The notes under the pieces were generated by a model. The model was not told the DNA's origin and made no database searches. It saw only the letters and a program-made list of their open reading frames with translations. From the NCBI RefSeq assembly GCF_006345805.1, contig NC_043009.1, forward strand, positions 35,154,001 through 35,218,000: a stretch of 64,000 bases of DNA, in the 5' to 3' direction. Position numbers and translations under genes: made by a program. Positions 24,242-37,776 of the stretch are shown in pieces (positions within the stretch are counted from its first letter, which is position 1; each line of letters starts with the position of its first letter). This DNA comes from Octopus sinensis (taxonomy: Eukaryota).

Positions 24242-27200
24242 TAGGGGGGGAGCAAACACGACCATTTTTATGGAACCTTAAGTCCATGGTATGCACAGAA
24301 TTTCAAACAGTATTTTAAGTTAAATATATGCAAATTAGAGCATATGATACCCGGCACCCCTCGCATACACCCACCACAATTATATACCCTAATTTTCTGT
24401 ATTAATCATATAATCTCTAACACATATATACTAAATTGCTTACGGATATGAAACATTTAATCATATTCCACGGTAGAAAAATTGTTTAAAACATATGATG
24501 GGTAAAGATAACAAAAAACATTGATCGGTAGGTGCCCCTTGAAAATAGTATAATTACAAGTTTTCACTAAGTATACATTTTAAAATGATTTCCTTTTGTT
24601 TTTCAGATTATTTCAGAGCTAAATTGTATTATAAGTTTACAAAAATACCTACATGAATTTAAACAGTAATAATTTAAGTATATAAAATTATATAATGGCA
24701 ACTATAAGTAAAATCAGTAATTCCACATTCGGATTTTCCGCAGAATTTCTTGCAGTAGTGACCCCATCAAAGACTGATGTATTCCGACGTTATTTATACA
24801 CAAGAAAACGTGAAGAACATATATCAAAAAACATCACCCAAAGCGAAAGATTGTTGCTGCAGATGTGCAAACAATATCGGACAAATTTTCTCTTCCTTGT
24901 ATTGGATTTCAGAGAATAGCTCTAAAAATTGAGAGATCGATTGAATCTTCTCATAAATTAAACAAAATACCTATCAAGGAAAGAGAGATAGCTTTGATAA
25001 GAAAGGAGAGGAGTTCGATGAAATGTTTGATATATGCACCTACACGTGTTATGACAAACAGATAAAAAGATCTGCTTGTAGGCGTGACAAATAATGGAAT
25101 GGGAATCATTTGTTGGACAGAAAAAAGACTTAATCAGTTAGGACCTGTAGACAGAGAAACTAGTAGAAAAAGAACTGCAGAAAGAGAGCAAAGATTTGAA
25201 GACAGGAAGGCAAAGATGTGCTTAGACATGGACGTTATTTCGACTAGTTATCACTGCTCTGGTGATATTAATGAAGACAGTTGTGATGCATGTGACGTTG
25301 ATGACGATGACATCGATTCTGTTCCTGATAATGAACTGAGAGAAAACCAACGAAAGAGATTTATTTATGAGAATCTCGCCATCACAGCAAACAGATAACG
25401 GGTAATTTGCAGAGCTGCTGCTGCTGCTATTGTTAGTACAGCTTTGAGAGATATGGGAATTTTAAATGATACAAATATGCTAGATAAGAAAAAAGCTGAA
25501 AGAGAAAGAAAAAAGTTGAAAGAGAAAGAAAAAAGTTGAAGAGAAAGAAAAAGAGTTGGGACAAACAATATTAAAAATGAAAACAAAAATTACAAAGTTC
25601 AATTGCATCGGTTTTGATGGCAGAACTGATGAAACTAAAACAGCAAGAGGAATAGAAAGTGAACGGCACTATGTTATTATGAAAGCGAAGAGCACAATTT
25701 TATTGTGAAAGAGCCCGGTGATGAGTATTTAGATCACGGTTCCCCAGATAATAGAATAGCTCGTTGCATTGCAGAGGAAATTATTATTTTTTAAATTGAT
25801 TCTGACAGTCAAGAAAGTTTAAAGGCTGTATTATGTGATAGCACCCCAGTAAACACTGGTCATTTAGGAGGGGTAATAAAAATAATTGAATTATACTTAA
25901 ATAAACCACTTTAGTGGCTAATATGGCTGCTACATACAAATGAGCTTCTGATTCGAAACGTATTAGAATCCATAGATGGAAAAACAGCAGGACCACGAAC
26001 ATCAAAAAGTTTATTTGACAATAAAATTAATGAAGATGTTATAAAACTTAAAGATAATCAAATTTTCTCCAGTAAAAACTAAAGTGAAGAAATTGCCATT
26101 AGAAGTTGTTGAAACTTTAAGCTCAGATCAAAAATATCTGTATGAAATGCGTCTTATTGAGACAGGGTTTCTTTCAAAACAGTTAGTTGCAAGACCATCC
26201 GGTAAAATCCATCATGCAAGGTGGTTAACACGTTCAAACAGAATTCTTTGCTTATGTTTTGGAAAAAATCCCCCAAAGAATCTTATGGATTTTGTTAAAA
26301 TCTTAACGCTAGTTTATGCTCCAAGCTTGTTCTGGATTAAATCTCACCCAAAGTTAGTTACATGAAGGAGCAAGTAATGTTTGGTATATGGTACATCTAA
26401 TGCAAGATATAAACCAAGATCATAAAGAAGTTATGGAGAAATTGTTAAAAACTATTCCGTATTTTGCTCACCCGGATATTACCTTACTGACTATGCTGAA
26501 TGATAGAAGACAAATTAGTGAAGTAGCAATTTAGGGAATTATTAAAGCAAGAACATTCCCTCGAAAGCCCCATGAAGAATTAAGAAATTTCAAACTACGA
26601 AGCAAATTTAATTTTGAATCACGGGATTATGTTGATTTGATTAACTGGGAAAATAAAGTGATAACATCTCCTCCAGTTTTAAGGAACTTTATAAATGCTG
26701 ATCTTCTTAAAACTCGTTCAGGACCATTAACAGCAATACCTCTTTCCTGTCATAGCCAAGGAGTCGATCATGCTATCAACTGAGTGACGAGATCTTCTGA
26801 GGCTACGAAAATAGGCACAAATTCAAAATAAATGTACAGAAATCAAGACAAAGTTTACCTCGCTTTGGCTGGGAAAGACAATGGTCATTTAATTAAACAG
26901 TAAATATTATTACTGCTTATTTTATGGTGTTCACTGTTCATGTATTTCTTTTGAGGTTCGTGCGTAGTTTTTTTTTTATTACATATCATAATAGTCATTA
27001 AGAATTTACATTTTTTTAACCTTGAAAATGCTTTTCTTAATATAGACTTTTTTATTAAAAAATTAAGACAAACTATATAAATAAACATTCCATTAACTGT
27101 GTTTTTCAGGTGTGGAAGTGGGGTTGCATATAATTTATAAAAAGTTATATAGGTAATATTTAACCAATGTAAAGTTCAAAGCATTAAAACAAGTTTACAA

Positions 27201-27364
27201 CTCCTTAAATTTTCAGTATTAAAAACGCAGAATTAGGGGGGGAGGGCTATGCAAGGGGTAGGGTTGGTCGCATTCTATTTAAAATTTGTTGATTTATTTC
27301 TCACACCAAAATGAACACCAAGCAATATGTGGAATCAGAATATAAAATTTCGACCCCACCCCGA
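24242..27364 (+). mobile_element. hAT-like DNA transposon (3.1 kb) with pseudogenised transposase
   Basis: Broken frames give FDEMFDIC, FDGRTDET, KEPGDEYLDH, LCDSTPVNTGHLGGVIKIIELYLNKPL*WLIWLLHTNELLIR, HHARWLT. Termini TAGGGG.../...CCCCGA, subterminal inverted blocks, flanking ATGCACA direct repeat. Confidence 0.8.
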
Positions 27365-28659
27365 ATGCACATATATATTTATACACACATGTATGCATAT
27401 ATTTTTACACATTTATAAATACTTTTATTCTTATATGCTTTTACCTGTTTCAGTAATTTGACTGCGGCCAAGGGAGGAAATTATATTAAGAGAGATGGGT
27501 ATATAGCGTTTGTATATAGCATTTGTACATCGACAGCTAGAAAAAGGAGTAATAAACAAACAGCTGAACTGAAATGGAATGAAATGAGCTTTGTTACTGA
27601 AAACTATAGTAACGATGTTGGTGGTGTGTTGATAATGAAAAGTATTTCTTTGTTACTGAACTAAATTCTTTACAGCACTCTTCACTTAACGCATGCGCAT
27701 AAGTGCAATCCGTTATCGTCGGCTCGCTTAAAAGCTGACATTCGTTTATAAGGGTTACTCTAACCTAAACTATGGGTTCACACGAAAGACGGTTGCGAAC
27801 TGATCGAGAGAGAGGATGCACAGATATAGGGCACGGATTAGAGAGGAACAACGGGAAGATATAAAAAGAGAAAAGGACAACACAGACGGAGAAGTGAGGA
27901 AATAAATGTAGACGTTTATTTAAAGAAAGCTAGACTAAGAATGCTACAAAAATGCAAATCACCCTTTCTTTCATAAATAGGCCCTCTTAATTTTTTTCCA
28001 TTCCGTGGAATCTGCACGGATCCCACTAGTTCATAATATTACTGTAGAAAAAAACACTCCTTTCCGAATACGTTATGATATCCCGTAGTTTGAGGTTCTG
28101 GCAGCCAAAAGTGACCCAGTACGATCTCGCTCCAGCACACTCTTTTGACCTCGTGAATCCACATAATGTTAAGTGGAAGGCAACACCCCACGATCTTCCA
28201 GTCATTGACTGTTTTTTTTTTCTCGCTCTCTTACCCCAAGCGGCATTAATACATCCTGGCAGCTGTTTGTGGACATCGTCATGAATATATGTTCTTAACA
28301 CACCCCACTACTATCCACAGGCTCCTACGTAACTATACAACACTTGTAAGAAAAGGATTAAGAGAAAAAAATCAACCGGCTGAAATGTTGCCAGCTGCAA
28401 CGCCGGTCGTAATTAATAGATATAACTACTGGAATAAGACAAACATTATCTTGTAAACTGCATGAAGACTATCATCGATGACAATTGACCAATTTTTACC
28501 TGCTGATTTCAGAATTTCCAAACAAATTATCTTATCATGTACAGTTTCTTCACAAAATCGATCATTGTATTTTACCATTATGCCCGAATTTGGCTATTGC
28601 CATGATTAAATACACTACAGCATTATAAACAATAGGTATAATTTTGAAAAATAAGCATC

Positions 28660-28925
28660 AAGATTTGTGGCAACTTGAAAATAATATTTCATGTTTCTTG
28701 AACAACAGCCAAGCTACAGAGTTTCCTGGTTTCTTGTATGAATGGAACAGTAAAATCAGAAAATTCCACTAGTCTAAAAACGAATCACCAAGAAGGTGTA
28801 GGCGTATACCAGGAACATATCTTTCAAGAAAGTTAGGTTGATTTTGCCTCCTCTACATATAGAACCCGGCCTCATGAAACAATTCATAAAAGCTTTGTTA
28901 CAGGATAGAGAAGGCTTCAGTTACA
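28660..28925 (+). mobile_element. DNA transposase relic with LPPLH motif (possibly Chapaev-3/CMC)
   Basis: ICGNLKII..., FLYEWNS and LILPPLHIEPGLMKQFIKALLQDREGFSY (28838-28924). The superfamily assignment is from recall only. Confidence 0.6.
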
Positions 28926-28929
28926 GGTT

Positions 28930-29340
28930 AGGACTGCGTGGATGTGTGTTTTCGCCTTTTGTATCGTGCAAATTTGGAAGGGATGTTTCTCATCCGGAGT
29001 AGCTAACCTTAACGTTGTAGGGGTTTGAAGTGTTTAAAGTACCTATGGTCTCTGGAGAAATGCTGCTTGATTAAAGACAGAGAATTCACTCCTCGCTATT
29101 GCTTCGTTGTAATGGGGCATATGACCCTGTTGGAGATTTCTCTGTCGGCAGAAAATTTAGAGATACTTTGCTGAGTCATGACACTAATTTTCTAGATGCA
29201 GCGAGGATGCTAGTTAGAGATTCTGCAGATATACAGCACAGTTTCCTCATTGGGTTTCCTGTATGTGTAGTAATTGCCAGTTATCATATGAATCATAATG
29301 ACCCAAGATGGACTTTCTAGCACTCATGGTGATTCTGACA
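28930..29340 (-). mobile_element. Penelope-like element relic (RT C-terminal/linker region)
   Basis: TYRKPNEETVLYICRISN*HP and SLIKQHFSRDHRYFKHF..YNVKVSYS match typical PLE motifs. Confidence 0.7.
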
Positions 29341-31077
29341 ATTAGGTTGCTCTTACTAGTGAATTGCCCGCCAACATCTAAAGCCTTCAGGGATGGGTAT
29401 TTCAATATTGAAGGTAGAAATCGACCTGAGTAAGCGTGCAGGCTGCTTTGCTCTGACTGCTGCAGAACCAGTCGCTCACAGCTGTGCTACAATCCCATTA
29501 GATTAGCCCCATCAGCGTCGAATTTATTATAATTGAGCATGAAATAAGGGAGACGCGTGGGGAGGTGGCCCACATAATCCTCTATATTTTCGGGAATGGC
29601 TGGCTCTTTCGCTTCTGTGTTTATAACGTTGTATGTAGAAGCGTTGGTTTTCTTGTGTTTTCGTGACTGCATTTGTTAAAAGGCTTGGATTCGTGCAAGT
29701 ATTATTTCCTTAAATATTCTTTCTCTAGTCTGCCAGGATGCGTACATCAGTAGTCATTTCATTTTTACCATGTATTTGTTTAATGAGTTTAAGAATGGGT
29801 TAGAATGATGCTGAAACTTTACTTTATGTGCGATGTCTATTTGGTCTGCTTCAAAGATCTCCCTGTTCTAAGTCTGGAGAAGGCAATTTCGGGATTTAAA
29901 AAATAGAGAGACAGAGTCGGAGAGAGGTAGAGAGACGAATAGTGGGACAGATGGATAGAAAAATAGAGTTCGATATGTCAGGAAAAGGGAGAGGATGTGA
30001 AGCAAAGACTAAATCAAAGACAAGAAATTCAGAGTAATTCTTGAAACCTGCCCGTGGGTGGACATTTTCTTTTTCGAAAAAAGATCCTCGAGCGCTTGCG
30101 CTTAACGACACGTTCTGCTTCTTCGGGGAATCGCATTAAATAAAGTTTTCTAGATGCTATTTAGATAGTTTTCTAAGAGTACGGGTGCAATTGTCTCTCC
30201 ATTACAAACTGTTTATCAAACGTATGTATAAATTTAACTTCTATATCTATATACATACAATCGCAAGAACGCGAGTGTGTGATTATGTGTGTGTGTGTGA
30301 GTATTTGTATGTGTGTGTGTGTGTGCGTATGTGTGTGTATATGTGTGTGTGTGCATGTCTGTGTGTAATCCTCGTTCACAGACGATAACAGCCATATTAT
30401 CGAGAAATCCAAAACAGATCTCAAGTATACTCTGAATTTCATGTTTCTGCTTTAGTCTTTGCTTCACACACACACCTCTCGCTTTCTCTCTCTCTATCTG
30501 TCGAATCGGAATCTATCTATATCACTCTATACCTGCCTGCCTTGCTATCTCTCTCCCTCTCTGCCACACTATCTCTCTCTCTCCCTCTCTGTCTCACTAT
30601 CTCTCTGTCTCTCTCTCCCCATCTCTCCCTAGTTTCATATTTATGGCAAAGTTATCAAATAAGGAGAACTTTACATCTCTTTCAGATTTATTGATCGTCC
30701 AATGCACTGCGGTTAATTCTTTTCTCTTGCCATTTTTGACTGATCATTTTTATATAAACCTATATTCTCTTCACATTCCGTTTTCAGGATTAAGGGGAAA
30801 AAGGTTGTATTCAGTTAACAATAAAATATATGTTCTCATTTTCTAAACATTGGTGGTGTTTTTTTTTATAACATTCGCTTCAAGTTATTATTATCATTAG
30901 TATTATTATTATTATTATAGTTTATCCCGTATTCCATATTTATGATATCTTCTTTTCCTTTTTGTAGTGCTGCATTATTTATTTGCTTGTTTTCGTTGTA
31001 CGTTTCATATGTACTATTGCTATCTGAATATATTCCAATTTGCTTAAATGCTATTGGGCTGGGCCACTGAACAATTT

Positions 31078-31204
31078 AACACACACACACACACACACAC
31101 ACTCACACAAACAATCTCATATATGTATATCTGCATGCATGTATGCATGTGTGAATGTATATACATACATATATACATACAAATAGATATATACACACAC
31201 ACAA

Positions 31205-31256
<52 letters not shown>

Positions 31257-31260
31257 ACAC

Positions 31261-31335
<75 letters not shown>

Positions 31336-31560
31336 GTCTGTATCTATATCTATATCTATATCTATCTATCTATTCAAAGACATCACAGAAAATGTTACTT
31401 AGAGTTTCAGGTTCCCATTGGTCGGAAAGTTTTGGTTGAGGATATATATATATGTATATATATATACCGGTATATAGTATACAAACACGCACACACACAC
31501 GCACACACACACACGCACACACACACGCACACACACACACGCACACACACACAAAACATA
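31078..31560. repeat. Large compound (CA)n/(TA)n/(TCTA)n microsatellite block
   Basis: Read directly. Similar blocks occur at 12410-12555, 18390-18810, 30280-30630, 41680-41940, 43030-43160, 48790-49080, 49820-49930, 53560-53640 and 57760-58200. Confidence 0.95.
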
Positions 31561-31912
31561 ACATAATTTACAATACCATCGCAATTTGTAGTGTAGATAA
31601 TTTTGAAGAAGTTTATTTTATAAACCTTTCAGCTACGGAGATTTGACTTCCTCATAGTTTTACAACAAAACCTAACATATTGTGCGGTCGGGTCGAAGCG
31701 CATTATTGCTATTATTATAAAGGAACATATATAACATTCTATTTGCGATCTATATACATACACTCTCATGCTTTCTAGATACATCCGTACACATATAACA
31801 TCAGTTGCTACATGCGTTCTATATACATACACACATATATAACATTCGTTACTACATGTGTTCTGTATACATACGCACATATATAAATATATACCAACAT
31901 TTATATATACCT

Positions 31913-31943
<31 letters not shown>

Positions 31944-32369
31944 CGCGCACACGTTAACAACACACACTTAGACTCTCAGTATATTACTTCAGTTTCTAAT
32001 GGTGTTACTTCTCTGATCCACAATTAACTGAGATGTTCCTTGACTTACTAAGGCGATCATAGATCAACGGATTGAGATCAAAGATACTTCAAAGCCATTA
32101 CATCATTCAAGCGATCAGACGTTGAAACCAAAATGCCAGAATATATCGTTGTCATCTTTGCAACCTATTATGTCGGGTGTTGATGATTATCCTTTTGGAT
32201 GGTACCAAGAAATTACAATATAGAATGGAACTGCCATCTAGCTGCCCGGGAAAGTATTTCTCGTCCCTCTATACTGTCAACCTTCCAGACATCGAACCAA
32301 GGATGGGCTCCTACTTGATCACTCGCAGAGATAGCAATGACAGCCAAATTGGTTTTAATTACATTTTAT

Positions 32370-32805
32370 TTTACTCTTTAACTCTTTTAATTGTTTCAGC
32401 CATTTGACTGCGGCCATACTGGAGCACTGCCTTTAGTCAAGCAAATGGACCCCAGGACTTATTCTTTGGAAGCCTAATACTTATTCTATCGGTCTCTTTT
32501 GCCGAACCGCTAAGTTACGGGAACGTAAACACACCATCATCGGTTGTCAAGCTATGTTGTGTGTGTGTGTGAGTGGGGGTGGACAAACAGAGACACACAA
32601 ATATAGTATACACACAGATACTTCTTTATATACATATATAAACGACGGGCTTCTTTAGTTTCCGTCTGTCAAATCCACTCACAAGGCTTTGGTCGACCCG
32701 AGGCTATAGAAGAAGACATTTGCCCAAGGTACCACGCAGTGGGAATAAACTCAGAACCATGTGATTGGTAAACAAGCTACTTACCACACAGCCACTCCTG
32801 CGCCT
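32370..32805 (-). mobile_element. tRNA-derived SINE family B, full length
   Basis: Head AGGCGCAGGAGTGGCTGTGTGGTAAG, internal CA/TA tract, tail CTCCAGTATGGCCGCAGTCAAATGGCTGAAAC. Confidence 0.9.
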
Positions 32806-34206
32806 ATGTTAAAAAAGAATTATAGAAGGGCAAATGTTAAACCTAGGAACACAGACATACGCAATGATCCCGACTTATGATAAAATCTTACATACTTCGT
32901 TATAAGTTTGCAAGATCAGTGGCAAATCGTGGATACAGAGCAATAACACTAACATTCTAGTTTCTCATCCACCCAACAGTCCATACATACACTTTTATGT
33001 ATACAAACATTTTTATGTAAACATACATTCATCAATACATACATGCACGCAAAAAATTGTTAATTCGCTCAGCCGTTAAACAAGATGAGCTAAAAATGCT
33101 GTTAAGTGTCTATCAGAATTTAAAAAAGAAAAATCTAATAATATCAGATCACTTCAATCATGTTTGAAAAATTAATTAAACGAGACAGTTGTAATTAGAT
33201 CATCAATGAATTGTGAAATTAATTATTAATATTTTACTTTCAAAAATAATTTGTTATTCTCTTGTTCTGAGAAAATCGATCGAGTAAATGCCATTTTATT
33301 GCATGAAACACTAATGAGAGGTGGTCTTTTAGCTGATAAGTTCACGGAGCCCAGATAACTGCGACTGATACCCACCATTTTAACGCATATTTCTCTGATA
33401 TATGTTTATATTTTGAGCTCACGCATTATTGAAGACTTTAGTGAAATTGTTGACATTCAATGTTAATGCAATAGCTTCGTTTTCCTAATATAAATACTTT
33501 AGAGAAATAAACTGATGCAAACATAAGAATTACACTTGAATACATTCGAATCATGTTGTCCTTACCGAGGAGAAGAAATTCAGTTTTAGTCACTCTAATG
33601 GACACTGTTAAACAAGTGTGAAACACTTCCCTGTATGGAATCTTGATGCGGTTTCAGTTACATTCGGAACTCATAATTTTCTTCAATTACGCTATTGGAA
33701 ATATCTTTATAAAGGTTTTGAGTCTATTGCTATTCCATTTTCATTCGTTTTGCTTGTGTGGCTGTAAAATTTAATTAATTTTTGTGTGTGAAAGAGAGAC
33801 GTTGGTGAGGAATACTGAAGTAAAATTAGGCTTAGATTTTTTAAAAAACTTACTGTTGTCGAAGTTTGGTGAAATACTGCTATCATAAGAATCCAAAATG
33901 GTTTGCAGAAAATCCGTTCTGAAAAATGAAAAAGGAAAATGCTTGTGAGTAAGTGGCTGAAAAGAAAAATATTCTAGGAAGTATTGTCATATTTGGGGAT
34001 GTTCGTCTTTTTTTTGCCAAAGGGCCGCACGCACTATATACTCGTTCTTCACTCCAGCTATATTATTATTCTTAGTTTAGTGTCCTTTGTCTGAAAGTTT
34101 TCATCACATCCTGTGACCACTTCAGCGACTCTCCATCCCACATGTCCTCTCCTCTTTTGTTTAGTTCATTCTCTCTTTCTGAGAGAAAGACGAGGAAGAA
34201 GTGAAG

Positions 34207-34310
34207 CCAGCTGTTTGACCTTAATCAGTTGATCATGTCCCTTTGTGGCTGACGATAGGTACATCTCTGATAACGAGCAGAAATAGTGGTGAATCATCAT
34301 AGCCATGTGT
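34207..34310 (+). mobile_element. Fragment of the ~450-bp AAT-flanked element
   Basis: GTTTGACCTTAATCAGTTGATCATGTCCCTTTGTGGCTGACGAT...CATCATAGCCATGTGTTG matches 59500-59605 and is followed by (AAT)n at 34312-34515. Confidence 0.8.
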
Positions 34311-34328
34311 TGGGATAATAATAATGAT

Positions 34329-34362
<34 letters not shown>

Positions 34363-34369
34363 GTAATAG

Positions 34370-34473
<104 letters not shown>

Positions 34474-34519
34474 CTGATGAGGATGATGATGATGATGATA
34501 ATAATAATAATAATTGGAT

Positions 34520-34685
34520 TCCAGTTTCGGCACAGGGAAAGGAAAATCGATTTGATGGGGATAGGAAAATTAATTGTATCAACTTCAGTCCTCGACTGGT
34601 ACTTATTTTATCGACCTTGAAAAGATGAAGGGCAATATCAACCTTGGCGGAATTTAAACTCAGAATATAAAGACGCGCAAAATTT
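34520..34685 (-). mobile_element. SINE family A fragment
   Basis: CTGGTACTTATTTTATCGACC...GGCGGAATTTAAACTCAGAA. Confidence 0.75.
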
Positions 34686-35656
34686 CGTTTCAACTCAGTA
34701 AAGATGAGGAAATATCATTAGGGAAGATATCATCCCCATAATTTCGGAGTTCATTGTTTCAATGCAATCGAAAACTCATATACGTCTACTAGCTAATACT
34801 ATTTACGCAACAACTTAACTATATTAATTTTATATTTCCACAACATAATTATGATATTACTTATCTGAAGTCGTGATCCTACGTCACACATTTAGAATAT
34901 GGGTGGGGGTGGGGGTTAACTTGTGAGATAATATCGACGTTGATCAGATTTGGTGTGAGAAGTTTGAGGGACAAAACGAAATAACCCAAGAAGCATTTTG
35001 TCACTCACCGCTCATTATTAAGTTATCTGTAATGTTAAAATGTGGCTCAATCTTTTAGTTCATCCACAAATTAGCATGACAATTCTATCATCTCTTTCTC
35101 CCTGTAGAATTAAAATTAATTTACTTTCCTGTAATAAATCTAATTGTAATTCTACTAAAAGACTTTGTAAGTGTTGTCAGTGTCTATTAAGTTTGGACAT
35201 GTTGCTTATTTATGCATACCTCAGAATATCTACAAAACTGAATTTCAATTAACGTGTCTAAATCTGCAATCTAAATCTTCTATTCTTATGCTTGTCCTCT
35301 ATGTGTCCTCCTCCTCCTCCTCTTTCCCTCCCCCCTCTCCCTCTCGCGGGGAATTTTGGAAACGAAAATATCTAAGTCGGTATTAGAATAGATGTATATA
35401 ATCTTATAAAAGTTTGTATAACTTTCAAATATAATATAATATGTTGTAATATAAATGAAATTGTGTAGATAGAAATTATACAGAAGCCCTTCGGATGTAC
35501 TCTAGCTGTAGTTCAATGTGACAGTTTTGTCACTCAGTGATTCACACTAATTCTACAATAATATTATATTAAAAAGCACAGGTGTCTGTTAAATATCCTT
35601 CTACTTTACAAGACAGTGACATTGCAGTTCCCTTGATCGTCCGACAAGATTTAGCA

Positions 35657-35695
<39 letters not shown>

Positions 35696-36551
35696 CTACA
35701 TCTTTCAAATCGGTTCATATTAATTCAGCATCATATTACATTTTATTGATAATGACACTGACGCTAGAAAACCCTGACAGAATACGAATAATTTATCTTA
35801 CTCATACTATGTTACCCTGAAATTATATTGTTTGTATCAATTAAAAATTTTAACCCGTGTGAAACCCTTTACATTTCAAGAGGTCAATTTTTATAGTTAA
35901 CGTGCACAATCAACTCTCGATATATTAAATTAGAGCTGAGCTGGTTTAACGGTTTAACAATACAAATCAAAAACATATGTTTGTGCATTTATCTACTCGA
36001 TTTCCCACTGGATTTGAAAGGCCCTGTTTTCAGCATCGACTTTTCTCTTGGCCATTCATATAGATAGCTATTACTACTGAATAACGTCACGTGAAAAGGA
36101 TCGCCCGAAAGAGCGGTAAGGCGGCTGTTGCGCTGCATTATGGAATTAGTAGAGTTTTACGTCCTCAGCGCTTCACCAACACGCGATTAGAGAATCAAAG
36201 GAGGTGTTCCCCTGCATGCTTTGTTGTAACTGTGTTATCATACCTCTTTAATGTGGTTTTTGAACAGACAGGATGTAACAGCTACAGTGGTGTTGTTTGT
36301 AGTCGCGTATTAAATTATTGCTACTTTTGGCGACATAGCGCAGTCAGTGTTATTTATAATGTGATGACCTGCTTTAGCCACACACTATGTATTTGTAGAT
36401 GCAACAAGAAGGCATGGGTGTTGCTGAGGGTAGCATGTACTCTATTTACTGATGCCACCATTTGGACCTATTTCGTGCTAATGGTCCCGCGCCCGAATTA
36501 TTATATGTAGATGTGAATGTAGCTGCGCCGTGGAATTTAGATCTTTGGCGA

Positions 36552-36786
36552 AGGCGGCGAGCTGGCAGAAACGTTAGCACGCTGGGCGAAATGCGTAGCC
36601 GTATTTCGTCTGCCGTTACGTTCTGAGTTCAAATTCCGCCGAGGTCGACTTTGCCTTTCATCCTTTCGGGGTCGATTAAATAAGTACCAGCTACGCACTG
36701 GGGTCGATGAGATCGACTTAATCCGTTTGTCTGTCCTTGTTTGTCCTCTCTGTGTTCAGTCCTTTGTGGGTAGTAAAGAAATAGGT
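36552..36786 (+). mobile_element. Young SINE family A insertion with up to 17-bp TSD
   Basis: ATTTAGATCTTTGGCGA at 36535-36551 and 36787-36803; B-box-like GAGTTCAAATTCC inside. Confidence 0.92.
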
Positions 36787-37776
36787 ATTTAGATCTTTGG
36801 CGATCAAGTTAACTTTTTTGGGTTTTTTTTTTTTTTGAATTCTGAAAAATATTTTGCGACTTTGTGTTCTACGCACGGAAATTCATACGACTATGAAAAT
36901 ATTTTTTTTTTTTTGATTTTTCGAATTTAAATAAAAAAATTAAATCATAGTTTAAAATACAAACAGTCCAAAGTGTGGCTTAAATCTCAGCAATAAGACA
37001 AGTTAATGTGCCTATGGGGAGAAAAATATTGAAAAACATCAATACGTGTAAGTGACAAACAAATGAGGAGAGTATAATGTGATCATGAGATGAGCTAAAA
37101 ATAACAGCTAAACAACTCTTAAAAAACATATCCAACCAATTTTTTGTTTTGTTTTTCATAATAGTATGAATGTCTGTGTGTACATTACAAATTCGCAAAA
37201 GATTCCCGAAAATTCCCAAAAATAGGAATGTTATGAGGGGGTATGTGGGGTGCTTAAAACAGAATTCTATATGGCTCTCTTCCTGATACATTTATGCACA
37301 ATGCAGTTAAAGAGAAGTTAATGAAATAGACAATACTCATTTTGCCCCAGTTTAGACAATTTTTCTAAAATTGAAAATTATAAAATTTAACATTAATGTG
37401 GGAAAACATTGAAGTGAAGTCCAACAGAGAAAGGAATATTGATAGTTAAACACAAACAATTTTCTAGATATTTCATTAGTAATGTCAATTACAACAGGGT
37501 CAAATTTCAGGAAATATTTCTTGCATAAAAAAGTACTTGTTATTGTCTACGTCCCAAACTCCCAACTGCAACAACTATGGTGACCAATGATTACTCCCAA
37601 AGACGATGCAACATTACAAAATGGTGACGCAATACTTGCAATGTAATGGTTTTAAACAGATAAAGGAAATAATGAGAAATTGGTAATTACTTATTTTTCC
37701 CCAGTTACCAATTTTGCTCTGCTCCTCTATAGTAATTTCAAATATTTGACAACATGACGAAAATATTGAATGAATG

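Noticed and set aside
36091-36510. 139-aa ORF with a GTG start
   Set aside because: No recognisable domain; probably non-coding sequence of an unclassified repeat hosting the SINE at 36552.
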